From a virus (Duplodnaviria; Caudoviricetes), in IMG/VR virus record IMGVR_UViG_2636416124_000002, positions 1-64,000 of that record: a stretch of 64,000 nucleotides of DNA; one strand, given 5' to 3'. Shown here piece after piece: positions 28,584 through 37,793 of the stretch. Position 1 is the first letter of the stretch; each line of letters opens with the position of its first letter. Below the pieces are notes generated by a model. It did not search any database. It was not told where the DNA came from and was given only the letters and a program-made list of their open reading frames with translations. Both the position numbers and the translations under genes were made by a program.

Positions 28584-30305
28584 ATGTCTCCGTACCTGAT
28601 GTCCGCGCCCCGCCTCGACCTCCTGTCTGATGCCGATGATGCCGCCACGTCGGTGTCCGCGGTGTGGCGCAGGGCGAACACGACTGTCGCCCAGGCCGAG
28701 GAGGCCGCCGAGGGTGCTGACCGTGACCGGCTTGCGGTGTCCCTGCTCTCCGAGTACCGGGACGCCCGGTCGAAGAACGACCGGGACCGCATGTCGCACG
28801 TCCTCCTCGCCGCGACCGACCTTGACCACGCGTCCCCCGGTTGGCCGCGGCTGATGGACGAGATTCGCGGCCTGAACACCCCGGCCGCCGCCTGACTCTT
28901 TTCGCCCTCCATCGCCGCCATCACCTGGAGCCCCACATGAGCATGCCCCGCCCCATTGCCGACCTGATCTGCCTGGGTCGGGACCTTGTCCGCCACCCGC
29001 GGATGGTGCTCCTGAACCGGGGGCATCACCGGTGGACGCCTGCCGGGCTGATCGCCGCAGCCGCTGTCGCCTCGGCTGGCACCCCGGTCGGCTACCACGT
29101 CCTTGCCGCCGCGGTGCTCGTCGCCGGGCCGTTCTGGGCGCTCGACATGATCGGCGCCCTCGCCCACGGGCTGTGGCAGTCCGGGCGGATCTGGTCCGAC
29201 CTGGAGTGCCAGTGCTGCGGCGACGACCCCGACGACGAAGACGACGACCCCGTACCGGACGAGCCGGAAGACGACGGCGGACTCGCCGCCGACATCGAGA
29301 CCTGGCTCAAGACCCAGACCACCCACCACTGAAGGGCCCCGTCATGATCACGCAGACCGCCTGGCCCGAGAACGTCATCGCCCGCTACCTCACCGCCGGC
29401 GGAGCCACCGTCGACCTGACGCACCGGCTCACCGTGCATAACCCGCCCGAGCCGTTCGCCACCCTCGCGACATGCACAGGCTGCCCCGTCACCGAGGAGC
29501 GTGGCCACTACCGCACCTACTACCCCTCGGGCGGCTTTCTGGGTGACGCGGTCGAAGAGCACGAGCCCGAGGCGGCCGACGCACAGGCCCGTGCCTGGGC
29601 GCAGTCCCACGCCGAGACCTGCCGCGCCATCCCCAAGCCCGCCTGACCCGAAAGGAGCGACAGTGCCGAGCGATCCCATCACCGGACTTCGACTGAAGGA
29701 CGGCAGCACCATCACGGTCAACCCACGAGACCCCCGCGACTGCCACACCATCAGCCACACCTTCTTCCGGGCGACGGTCCGCTGCGCCGCAACAGGTGCG
29801 GTTCGGCGAATCAAGTGGCGGAACGTCGTGCGCGTCCGCCGGACCTCCGAAGACGGCCACTACTGGACCTCCTGAACACCCCTCACTCAAAGGACACCGC
29901 CATGGCACTCCTGATCACGATCGCATTCCTGTCTCCCATGATCGCCGTCACCATCTGGCTCGCCTTCAGCCAGCCGGTGAACCGCGACGACTCCTGAACC
30001 AAGCAACCCAGAAAGGACACCGACCCGTCGTGACCACGCAGATCATCGAGCCCGGCCGCTATGACTACCGCCTCACCGTCAAGTTCCCCAGCACCTACAC
30101 CCCCGACCACACGCCGCCCGCGTTCCGCTTGGCCGCCGCGTACCCGACCAAGCGAACCCGCAGCGTGTTCGGGCAGTTCAACCTCACTGCGCGCATGCCG
30201 CATGACCTCATCCGCGATCACTTCGTCCGCCGGGTCACGGATGAGCTGCTGCTGACGAGCGGTGACATCGAGCTTGTCAGCTTCACCCTCGACCAGCCCG
30301 CCTGA
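28584..30305 (+). CDS. Small genes of the transfer operon: 28584-28895, 28937-29332 (membrane), 29344-29646, 29663-29875, 29902-29997 (membrane), 30030-30305
   Basis: Each has an AAGG/GGAG-type RBS; two have hydrophobic helices. Confidence 0.6.
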
Positions 30306-30340
30306 GCAACCACCCCACACCAGGAAGGAATAGACCCGTC

Positions 30341-31714
30341 GTGACGACCAGCCCGCCCCAGGTGAACGGCCACCGCCGCCGCATCCCCGTGATCACGGAG
30401 TGGCAGACGCTCCTCGCGGCAACCGCCGAGGAGCCGGTCGCCACCACCGAACCCCAGCCCGAACCGGCCCCGCCCACTGTGGACCTCATCGCCCAGGCCG
30501 AGGCCGACGCCATCCGCACCAAGGCCTACGCCGACGCCGAAGAACAGCGCGCCCGAGCCGAAGCTGAGGCCGAGGCCCTGCGCATCAAGGCCGAAGGCGA
30601 GGCCAAGGCCGCCGAGATCAAGGCGGCCGAGGAAGCCCGCAAGCTGAAGCTCGCCAACGACAAAGCCCAGGCCCGCGCCATCGAGGAACAGGCCGCCCGG
30701 GACGCCCGCATCGCCGAAGCCAACCGGAAGCGCGCCGAAGCCGAACGTGGCCAGCGGGACGACGAGCGCGCCCACCGGGAGCAGCAGCAGACCGCCGCCG
30801 CCGCCGAAGCTGAGATCGCGAAGGCCGCCAGCACCTGGCGCGGGTACGCCATCGCCTTCTACGCCGTGTGCGCGGTCGTCGCCCTCCCGGTGCAGATCGC
30901 AGCGTTCTGGGACCCGGACGCACCCTGGCTCGTCATCGCCCCGCTCATGCTCGAAGGTGCCGCGCTCGTCGTCACCAAGGGCGCCGCCGCAGCTGTTGCC
31001 GCGACCCGCCCGCACTGGCACTACCGCACCGTCGCCTGGATGTTCGCGTTCATCGCCGCCGGGATCAACCTCGTCCACGGGCTCGACGCGTTCGATCCCG
31101 CCACCGCGATCGGCACCGCCTTTGCGTCCCTCGCCGGCCCCGGGGTGTGGGACCTCCACGAGCACGGGCGGATCCGGCGCCGCGACGGTGTTCTGACGCG
31201 GCGGCAGCGGAAGGCCCAGGCTGCCGCGGCCAAGGCGGAGCTCAGGCAGAAGGCGGCCGAAGAGAAGCGGAAGGCCAGCGAGAAGGAAGCCGCGGAGGAG
31301 GCTGCCCGGGAAGCCGCCGAGGCGCTCGCCAACTCCCGCGCCGAAGAGTTCCCGGAGGTGTGGGACGAGGCGGAGAAGATCGCTGCGGCAGTCGGCGAGA
31401 TCACCGTCACGGAGGCCGTTTGGAAGCGCGCCTACCGCAACATCCAGGGCGCCGAGCCTGGCGAATCCATTGAGTCCATCACAGCCCGCCGGAAGGCCGA
31501 AGGGCGAGTCGCAGCAGCCCTCTCCGGGACCCCAGTCGCCACCCTCAGCAAGAACAAGAACGCGCAGCGTGCAAACCAAATGCCCCGGGTTCAGCGAGGG
31601 CCTGCACGCAAGCCTCCCGTCCGCCGCCCGGGAGACACCGCGAAGTACGTCCAGGCCGCCCGCAAGCAGGCCGCCATCACCGCCAAGAACGCCTCCACCG
31701 AGGAGCAGAAGTGA
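30341..31714 (+). CDS. DUF2637-like coiled-coil/multi-TM spread (Spd-type) protein
   Basis: Long Ala/Glu coiled coil, then four TM helices (YAIAFYAVCAVVALPVQ...APLMLEGAA...AFIAAGIN..H...), directly upstream of traA/traB. Confidence 0.7.
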   Translation: MTTSPPQVNGHRRRIPVITEWQTLLAATAEEPVATTEPQPEPAPPTVDLIAQAEADAIRTKAYADAEEQRARAEAEAEALRIKAEGEAKAAEIKAAEEARKLKLANDKAQARAIEEQAARDARIAEANRKRAEAERGQRDDERAHREQQQTAAAAEAEIAKAASTWRGYAIAFYAVCAVVALPVQIAAFWDPDAPWLVIAPLMLEGAALVVTKGAAAAVAATRPHWHYRTVAWMFAFIAAGINLVHGLDAFDPATAIGTAFASLAGPGVWDLHEHGRIRRRDGVLTRRQRKAQAAAAKAELRQKAAEEKRKASEKEAAEEAAREAAEALANSRAEEFPEVWDEAEKIAAAVGEITVTEAVWKRAYRNIQGAEPGESIESITARRKAEGRVAAALSGTPVATLSKNKNAQRANQMPRVQRGPARKPPVRRPGDTAKYVQAARKQAAITAKNASTEEQK

Positions 31715-31742
31715 CCGTCCGAATCAACACTGAGGAGACTCG

Positions 31743-32336
31743 ATGAGCACCCCCTCCGAGCAGGTCCGTAACTTCGCCCAGCAGCAGGCCGACCAGCCCT
31801 TCACCGCCCCGCCCCGCCCCCGCAAGGCGCCGACGAACGGTACCCACCAGGGCGGGGACAACAACTCGAAGACGCGTAACGGCGGAGGGTTCAACCCGAA
31901 GGTCGGCCTGACCCTCAACAAGACCGTCGTCCAGGGTGCTGGCACAGTCGGCGCCACCCCGGGCGCGGGCACCCGCTCCGGAACCGGCGGGAAGGTCCCG
32001 GGTTCCGACTTCATGTCGAACGAGGACATCCGGGCGTTCTGCGAGCACCACCGCAAGCAGTCCCGGAACGGGGCCACCGAACTCGCCCTCGACGCAGACC
32101 ACCTGGAGACAGTCCTCCGCGCGATCCGCGACCCCAACGGCACCATCGGAGGGTCCCGGGCCAGGGCCCGCCGTGTCACCCGGTGGCTGAAGAAGGCTGC
32201 CGCCGCCCAGAAGGCACAGCAGAAGTACTTCGCCGCCCTCTACGCCACGTTCGAGCGGGAGTTCGACTCCAACCTCCGCACCGTCGGCAAGGCTCGCTCC
32301 CAGCAGCGCCCCACCCGCAACTTCAACTGGCAGTAA
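31743..32336 (+). CDS. traA: Plasmid transfer protein TraA-like
   Basis: FMSNEDIRAFCEH...ARARRVTRWLKKAA...YATFEREF. Located immediately upstream of traB, as in pJV1-type plasmids. Confidence 0.6.
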   Translation: MSTPSEQVRNFAQQQADQPFTAPPRPRKAPTNGTHQGGDNNSKTRNGGGFNPKVGLTLNKTVVQGAGTVGATPGAGTRSGTGGKVPGSDFMSNEDIRAFCEHHRKQSRNGATELALDADHLETVLRAIRDPNGTIGGSRARARRVTRWLKKAAAAQKAQQKYFAALYATFEREFDSNLRTVGKARSQQRPTRNFNWQ

Positions 32337-32360
32337 CCGTCCCTGACTGGAGTACATCCC

Positions 32361-34357
32361 GTGGCTGACAGCCCCAAGGCCGACCTGTGGAAGGCCATCA
32401 AGCACCCCCGCATGAGGCCCTGGCTGACAGTCGCCGCCGAGGTCCCCGCCACCTTCGCCTCCCACCACTACTGGGGCGACTCCGTACCCGCAGCGATCGG
32501 CCTCACCGTCGCCGCCGGGGTACTCACCGCCGCAACCTGGTGGGCGGCAGAGGGCACCCGGCCCGGCAGGCGGATCCACGCCACCCTGTCCACCGGCCTC
32601 GGAACCTCCTACCTCGTCGTCGGGACCGTCACCGGCCCGTTCGACCCGGCCATGGCATCCACCCTCGTCATCGGCGGTGCGGTCGCCGCGGGGTCCTGGA
32701 ACATCCGCCAAGCGTTGCGCGTCAACGTCGACCCCCAGAAGACAGGCGGCAACGCCGAGACCGGTGTACTCGTCAAGGCCATCGGTGACGCCAAGGTCGC
32801 CCTCCGAAGCAAGCCGAAGATCGAACCTAACAAGGTCACCGCACCCCTCCAACTCGCCGCCGGACAGGTCACCTCCGACGACCTTGGCAACCGCATCAAG
32901 CACATCGCCGGCGAACTCGGCGTCTCCCCGACCAGCATCCGCGTCATCCCCGACCCCGACGACGCCGCCCGCGCCACCCTCGTCGTCGTCCCCAAGGACG
33001 AACTCAAGCAGCCCACCCCTGGCCCGGCCCGTCCAGCCCGGGTGGCAGCATCACCGAGCCCGTCGTCCCCGGCATCTACGAGGACGGTGAGGAGGCGACG
33101 CTGTGGTTCCCCGCCGGACCCGGCCGGAACGCCACGCACTTCCTCACCGCCGGGATGAACGGCTCCGGGAAGTCCGCCGGCCAGTCCGTTGCCATCACCG
33201 AAGCCCTGACCCGCCGCGACGCCATCGTGTGGGCCGTCGACCCGTCGAAGGGCATGCAGACCTTCGCCCCGTTTCTGCCCCACCTGGACTGGGTCGAGAT
33301 GACCGAGGCCGGCGGCAACGAGATGATCGACGCCCTGTCGCAGGTCATCACTGCCCGCGCCAACCGCCTCGGCCAGCACGGCTACAAGAACTGGACCCCG
33401 GACGCGTTCGACCAACTCGGCATGCCGTACCTGATCGTGTGGATCGAGGAAGCCGCCAAGTTCTTCCGCAACGGCACCGAGATGGAAGGCTTGGTCATGG
33501 AGGCCAGGTCCGCCGGGATCAGCGTCATCATCAGCCTCCAACGCCCGTCCGCCACGTCGATGCCGACCGACGTCCGCGAGCAGCTCGGCGGCGTCCTCTG
33601 CTTCGGCGTCAAGGGCTCCACCACCGCCGACATGGCCCTCCCCGACGACGTCCGCGACGCCGGCGCCCGCCCCGAAGCATGGGAGAACCGCAAGCCCGGC
33701 TACGCCTACCTCGTCGCCCCCGGCGTCGACGAAGACCGCTACGCCACCCCGCTGCGCACCTACCTCATCGACGACGACCAGATCACCGGGGCCCTCGCCA
33801 TCCTGCCCCGCACCCCCATCGACCCCGTCACCGCCGCCGCAGCCGGTGACGCCTACGCCAACCGCACCCAATACGACACCGACAGTCCACTGACCAGCGG
33901 TGACACCGACAGGCAGGAGCCCGTCCTCATGACCAAGGACGACAACGAGCAGGCAGAGAAGGCACTGCTGGAGAAGCAAGTCGACCGCGAGATCGACGCC
34001 ATGGTCGGCGACGACCCCGACGACGACGGACACGTCCCCGATGTCGACGCCGACCAGGAAATCGCCGCGGTGAGCGAGGTGTGGTCGTTCGGCCAGGCCC
34101 AGGCGACCGTGGAGGAGAAAACACCGGAGGCCGGGATGGAAGCCCTGATGGTGATGCTCGACGAGTTCCGGGCCGAGGAGCGGGAGACGATCGGACCGAA
34201 GGACTTCAGCCCCTACGGCAAGGGTTCACGCATCGGAAGGGCCCGTTCCTGGGTGTCAGGGGCCCTCGGAGACCTGTCAGATGCCGGGATTCACCTGTCA
34301 GAAACGGACAAGCCGGGGGTGTACCGGCTGCTGTACCCGGAGCTGGCGGAGGTCTGA
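32361..34357 (+). CDS. traB: TraB, FtsK/SpoIIIE-like conjugative dsDNA translocase (frameshift in C run 33017-33020)
   Basis: N-terminal TM helices, Walker A GMNGSGKS, DPSKG, Walker B IVWIEEA, ARSAGISVIISLQR, and a C-terminal wHTH (RIGRARSWV). Confidence 0.9.
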
Positions 34358-34535
34358 CACCCGGGGGTGTCAGCGCTGACACCCCATCTGACCTGCGGTG
34401 ACACCGTTCTGACAGGGTTCTGACACCCCGAAGGTGTCAGGACCGGTGTCAGAAGCCCTCCGGAGGGCCGATCTCTATAGGTCATGCGCGTGCGCGCGCA
34501 TGACCCGCCCCTCCGTGACACCCCAACCTGACACA
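34252..34535. repeat. clt-like locus (TraB recognition repeats)
   Basis: CTGACACC or its complement at 34252, 34354, 34366, 34376, 34420, 34433 and 34445. Variants GTGACACC, CTGACAGG and CTGACACA at 34273, 34294, 34398, 34409, 34515 and 34528. Confidence 0.8.
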
Positions 34536-34547
34536 GGAGACAAACCC

Positions 34548-34977
34548 GTGAAAAGCCCCGAACCGGACGGAGGTCGGGCCAAGGTACTCGCCGCAGCACT
34601 CCGCACCTGGACCACCGTCGACAACGACCCCAACCCCCGTCGCACGCCTCGAAATCCGGTATCCACCCCACTGGGCCTTCACCCACACCAACCCCATCAC
34701 CGCCCGCCAGCAGACCCGGCTCCTCGCCTTCCTCCGCGACGACCTCGCCGAGAACCGGCCCACCCACTCCACCCCCGAACGAGCCGCCGCCGTCATCCAA
34801 GGGCTCCTCGCCGAGCACGCCGCGGCCGGCCGTAGTCGCATCACTACCGCAGACCTTGCGCAGGCTGCGCCGCGCATCGGCCGGTCCCGGGCCTGGATCG
34901 CCGCTCACATCACAGACCTCATCGACGCCGGAGTGCTTCGCGAGACCAGGCGCCCCGACACCTTCCGCATCACCTAG
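34548..34977 (+). CDS. Small protein with TraB-like C-terminal wHTH (frameshift near 34635)
   Basis: AGGAGA RBS. C-terminus APRIGRSRAWIAAHITDLIDAGVLRETRRPDTFRI aligns by eye with the TraB C-terminus. Confidence 0.6.
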
Positions 34978-34987
34978 GAGCCTTCTC

Positions 34988-35476
34988 ATGCAGCTGCCCG
35001 AGCAGCCCGTCGCCGGGCAGCCCGACCCCACCGTCCGTCGCAACGCCGACCAACTGATGGCCGCGGTCGACGAGGCTCTTCTCGCCCGGCAGGCCACCTT
35101 TCACCGTGACGACCGCCCGCTCCCCGCCGTGGGTACGGCACCGCCTGTTGCCCAGCCTGGGACTCCTCCGATGTCGCAGTGGGCCACGGACGCGAGCGGC
35201 GTCCTCAAGGCCGTGTCCGTGGCGGCCCTGCCGATCGGCGGCGCCCTGTGGATCGTCGGCCAGGTCGATCCGCTGACCCTCGGCATCATCTTCGGCTCCC
35301 CGGCCGTCGCGGCCCTGGCCGTCGCCCGGCTCGTCGCGAAGGTCAAGGACGCCAACCAGAACGCCCCCCAGCCGGTCACCAACCACTTCCACGGCACCGT
35401 CCACCAGGACACCCACACCGTCACCAGCACCACCCGGGGGATCATCGCCAACACCCGCAACCAACACGGAAACTGA
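34988..35476 (+). CDS. Putative spread-type membrane protein
   Basis: Pro-rich linker (PAVGTAPPVAQPGTPPMSQ) and two TM helices, within the tra operon. Confidence 0.55.
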   Translation: MQLPEQPVAGQPDPTVRRNADQLMAAVDEALLARQATFHRDDRPLPAVGTAPPVAQPGTPPMSQWATDASGVLKAVSVAALPIGGALWIVGQVDPLTLGIIFGSPAVAALAVARLVAKVKDANQNAPQPVTNHFHGTVHQDTHTVTSTTRGIIANTRNQHGN

Positions 35477-35705
35477 GCAGCCACCCCAAACCGACTCACA
35501 ACCCCGACAAAGACGGGACGATCGAAAAATGACCCACAAGCCCAACAGCAACCAAGACGAGCAACCACCCGCTGCTACGCCTCCACTGGACCCACATGAG
35601 AACCAGGCAGAGTCCGACCACATGCGTGACGTCGACTTCTGGGATGGCACCGGAGACCCGCTCGACTTCTACGACCCCTGAACCGCGACCTGAAGGAGCC
35701 CACAG

Positions 35706-36224
35706 ATGTGGGACAGCATCATTGCCGTCACAGGCACCCTCGCGGGTGGCCTCCTCGTCACGGTGACCCAGCAGTGGACCGCCCGGCGCGCCCGGCGCGA
35801 GCAGCACCGACAGCAGGTGGCAGACCTCACCGGCCAGCTACTCAGCGCGGCGCTCCGCTACCGCCAGCTCTACTGGCTCCGGGTCGACTCCCTTCGGGAG
35901 GGCGAGCCGGACCCGGTCGCCCGCGGCGACTTCTACCAGGCCCGGTCCGACGTCACCGAAGCCCGCGACCGGCTCGCCCTGGTGGTCACCGACGAGGCGC
36001 TGCTCCGGGCAGCTGGTCGAGCGGCGTGGTCAGCACTGGACCTCTCCGACATCGACCCCGGCCACCCGCAGGACGGCCGGTACGCCCCGGAGGTCGAGGC
36101 CCGCCTCGACGCCGCACGGGAACGCAGCCGAGACGCCCACACGGAGCTACGACAGGCCGCTACCGGCTACGGCACCCGGGCAGCACCTGGTCGCGCCGTC
36201 GATACCCGGTCGCAACGCACCTGA
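35706..36224 (+). CDS. kilB: KilB-like protein, copy 2
   Basis: MWDSIIAVTGTLAGGLLVTVTQ...QLLSAALRYRQLYW; same architecture as 28083-28532. Confidence 0.6.
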   Translation: MWDSIIAVTGTLAGGLLVTVTQQWTARRARREQHRQQVADLTGQLLSAALRYRQLYWLRVDSLREGEPDPVARGDFYQARSDVTEARDRLALVVTDEALLRAAGRAAWSALDLSDIDPGHPQDGRYAPEVEARLDAARERSRDAHTELRQAATGYGTRAAPGRAVDTRSQRT

Positions 36225-36413
36225 TTCGAGCGCAACGAGGCCCCGGACCGTCTGGTCCGGGGCCTTCTGTGTTGCACGGGCGATCCACGAGTCACCGAGA
36301 CTGTTCGTGGGCCGGAGGGTGACCTGTACGTCGAGCCGGCTGCACAGGTCGTCCAGCGCTTGCTGGCATTCGTCGTGAGTGCTGCCGTGGACCGTGAACC
36401 TCGCCATGAGCAC
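36147..36413 (-). CDS. Small hypothetical protein (3' end doubtful)
   Basis: MARFTVHGSTHDECQQAL... Last gene of the minus-strand operon; it reads through the terminator into kilB-2. Confidence 0.4.
   Translation of the reverse strand: MLMARFTVHGSTHDECQQALDDLCSRLDVQVTLRPTNSLGDSWIARATQKAPDQTVRGLVALESGALRPGIDGATRCCPGAVAGSGLS
36238..36265. terminator. Hairpin ending the transfer operon
   Basis: AGGCCCCGGACC-GTCT-GGTCCGGGGCCT between convergent genes. Confidence 0.7.
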
Positions 36414-36438
36414 AGTCTGCCGGGGGAGTATGGGGGCG

Positions 36439-36870
36439 TCAGGTGTTTTCCGCTTCCCAGGGAGCCCAGTCGGCCTGGTAGTCGGGGTGGTCGGCGTACA
36501 GGGCGGCGAAACAGCGGAGGGTGTACTCCAGTGCGGCCCGGTAGCCGCTGACGAAGATGGCGGGCGGGTAGACGCCCTGAACGTGGTCGGGGTGCGGCAA
36601 CGCTTCGTTCCGCACGGCGATGTCGTAGATGCCGATCAGCTGCCGTTTCGCTTCGACTTCCCGCAGGGTGCGGGCCGGGTCCTGGCGGGCAATGTGGGCT
36701 CCCTCGTCTGCCCAGGTGTGCCGCGCTACGGGAGCCCCGTCGCCGGCGAGAACAGTCGCCCCTTCCAGCCTCCAAGAGGCGCCGCCTTGTTCGCGGCTGG
36801 CCGCCTGCCGCGCCACCTGCTCGTCGTCGTCGAGCCGGGCCTTGAGGAAGGCCACCAAGTCGTCGGTCAT
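36439..36870 (-). CDS. DUF6221-like protein
   Basis: DLVAFLKARLDDDE...HIARQDPARTLREVEAKRQLI...LYADHPDYQADWAP. Confidence 0.75.
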   Translation of the reverse strand: MTDDLVAFLKARLDDDEQVARQAASREQGGASWRLEGATVLAGDGAPVARHTWADEGAHIARQDPARTLREVEAKRQLIGIYDIAVRNEALPHPDHVQGVYPPAIFVSGYRAALEYTLRCFAALYADHPDYQADWAPWEAENT

Positions 36871-37388
36871 GAGGACTCCTGGTTCTGCCGCCGCAGTTCG
36901 TCGAGCAGCGACGGGTTGACGATCCGGACGATGGTCTCAATGTCACGGTCTACGGCGGCAGGCCACAGGATGTCCCGGGCCGCCCGGTACTTGGAGGCCA
37001 GCCGGGTCCGCTGCTCCTCGGGCAGCTTGACCGCCCGGTCGGGGTGGCTGTTGTGCGCGTTGTCCGCGACCTTCAACAGAACCGCGTCACGGCCCCGCCC
37101 GGTGATGCGGGCCACCTTCTCCCCGTAGGGCACCCCGCGCTCGTTCGTGACCGCCTCCACCAGCGCGACCACGTGATCCGGGACCCCTGTCTCACGCAGC
37201 TGCTCAGCCGTCCAGTCGGTGTCCTCGATGACGTCGTGCAACAGCCCAGCCATCACCAGCTCGTCACCGAACGGGACCAGCCCGGCAGCCACCGCACGCA
37301 CGTGCTCGATGTACGGGACGCCGACCTTGTCCACCTGGCCGGCGTGCGCGGCCGAGGCCAGGGCGTCAACCTCGGCGACGGACTTCAT
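36867..37388 (-). CDS. HD-domain hydrolase of the RelA/SpoT (small alarmone hydrolase/Mesh1-like) type
   Basis: AHAGQVDK.GVPYIEH..AV, AGLLHDVIEDT, VEAVT, LKVADNAHN. Confidence 0.85.
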   Translation of the reverse strand: MKSVAEVDALASAAHAGQVDKVGVPYIEHVRAVAAGLVPFGDELVMAGLLHDVIEDTDWTAEQLRETGVPDHVVALVEAVTNERGVPYGEKVARITGRGRDAVLLKVADNAHNSHPDRAVKLPEEQRTRLASKYRAARDILWPAAVDRDIETIVRIVNPSLLDELRRQNQESS

Positions 37389-37627
37389 ACCTGCTCCTTC
37401 TCGGCCTGACTGGCGGCTCGCTCCCTGTCGATGCGGTCGGCGATCTTCCGTGCCCACTCGCGGCTGTACGGCGTGTGCTTGGCGATCGTCATGAGCGGAA
37501 CCCCGGCGGCCCTGGCGTCCGCAATCAGGTCGTCGAGGTTAGCCCGCGCTTTCTCGTGGGCGGAGGTTGCGCGGTCGAGGCGGCGGAGCCATGAGGCTTC
37601 GACGTCGGGTTCGGGGCGTGGCGTCAT
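37385..37627 (-). CDS. Small HTH regulator (could start as far up as 37711)
   Basis: NLDDLIADARAAGVPLMTIAKHTPYSREWARKI, resembling the C-terminus of 22332-22718. Confidence 0.65.
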   Translation of the reverse strand: MTPRPEPDVEASWLRRLDRATSAHEKARANLDDLIADARAAGVPLMTIAKHTPYSREWARKIADRIDRERAASQAEKEQV

Positions 37628-37651
37628 ACCGTCGATGATCTCACGCGGGCC

Positions 37652-37773
37652 TGCCAAGTCGGTGGGCAGTGATCCGCCAACCTTGTGGGCGCTGATTCTC
37701 GGATTCGTCATGCCAACTATGTTGCACCCGGGTGGGCCTCTGTGTCACTATCGAAGTGCCAAGAAAGTTGGCA
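37652..37773. promoter_or_regulatory. Four TGCCAA-N5-TTGGCA-type operators over divergent promoters
   Basis: Copies at 37652, 37675, 37711 and 37757 (the last is perfect). Plus-strand promoter TTGCAC-18-CACTAT; minus-strand promoter GTGACA-18-CAACAT. Confidence 0.65.
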
Positions 37774-37793
37774 GTCGAACCCGAGGGGGACCC

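Larger units (their letters stand above)
22938..36265. mobile_element. Plasmid/AICE-type replication and conjugation module embedded in the prophage
   Basis: Second initiator with iterons, GntR repressors divergent from a kilB/DUF2637/traA/traB operon, and clt-like repeats. There is no integrase of its own. Confidence 0.8.

Noticed and set aside
45-34396. CTGACCTGC at 45, 24904 (reverse) and 34388, all near DNA-transaction sites
   Set aside because: About one copy is expected by composition alone and it also occurs in coding sequence (near 17375). Too weak to call a shared site.
22800-36300. Treating the tra block as an independently integrated AICE
   Set aside because: There is no integrase or recombinase within it and I found no flanking direct repeats by eye. 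This is not excluded, and is kept as the refutation test for the main finding.
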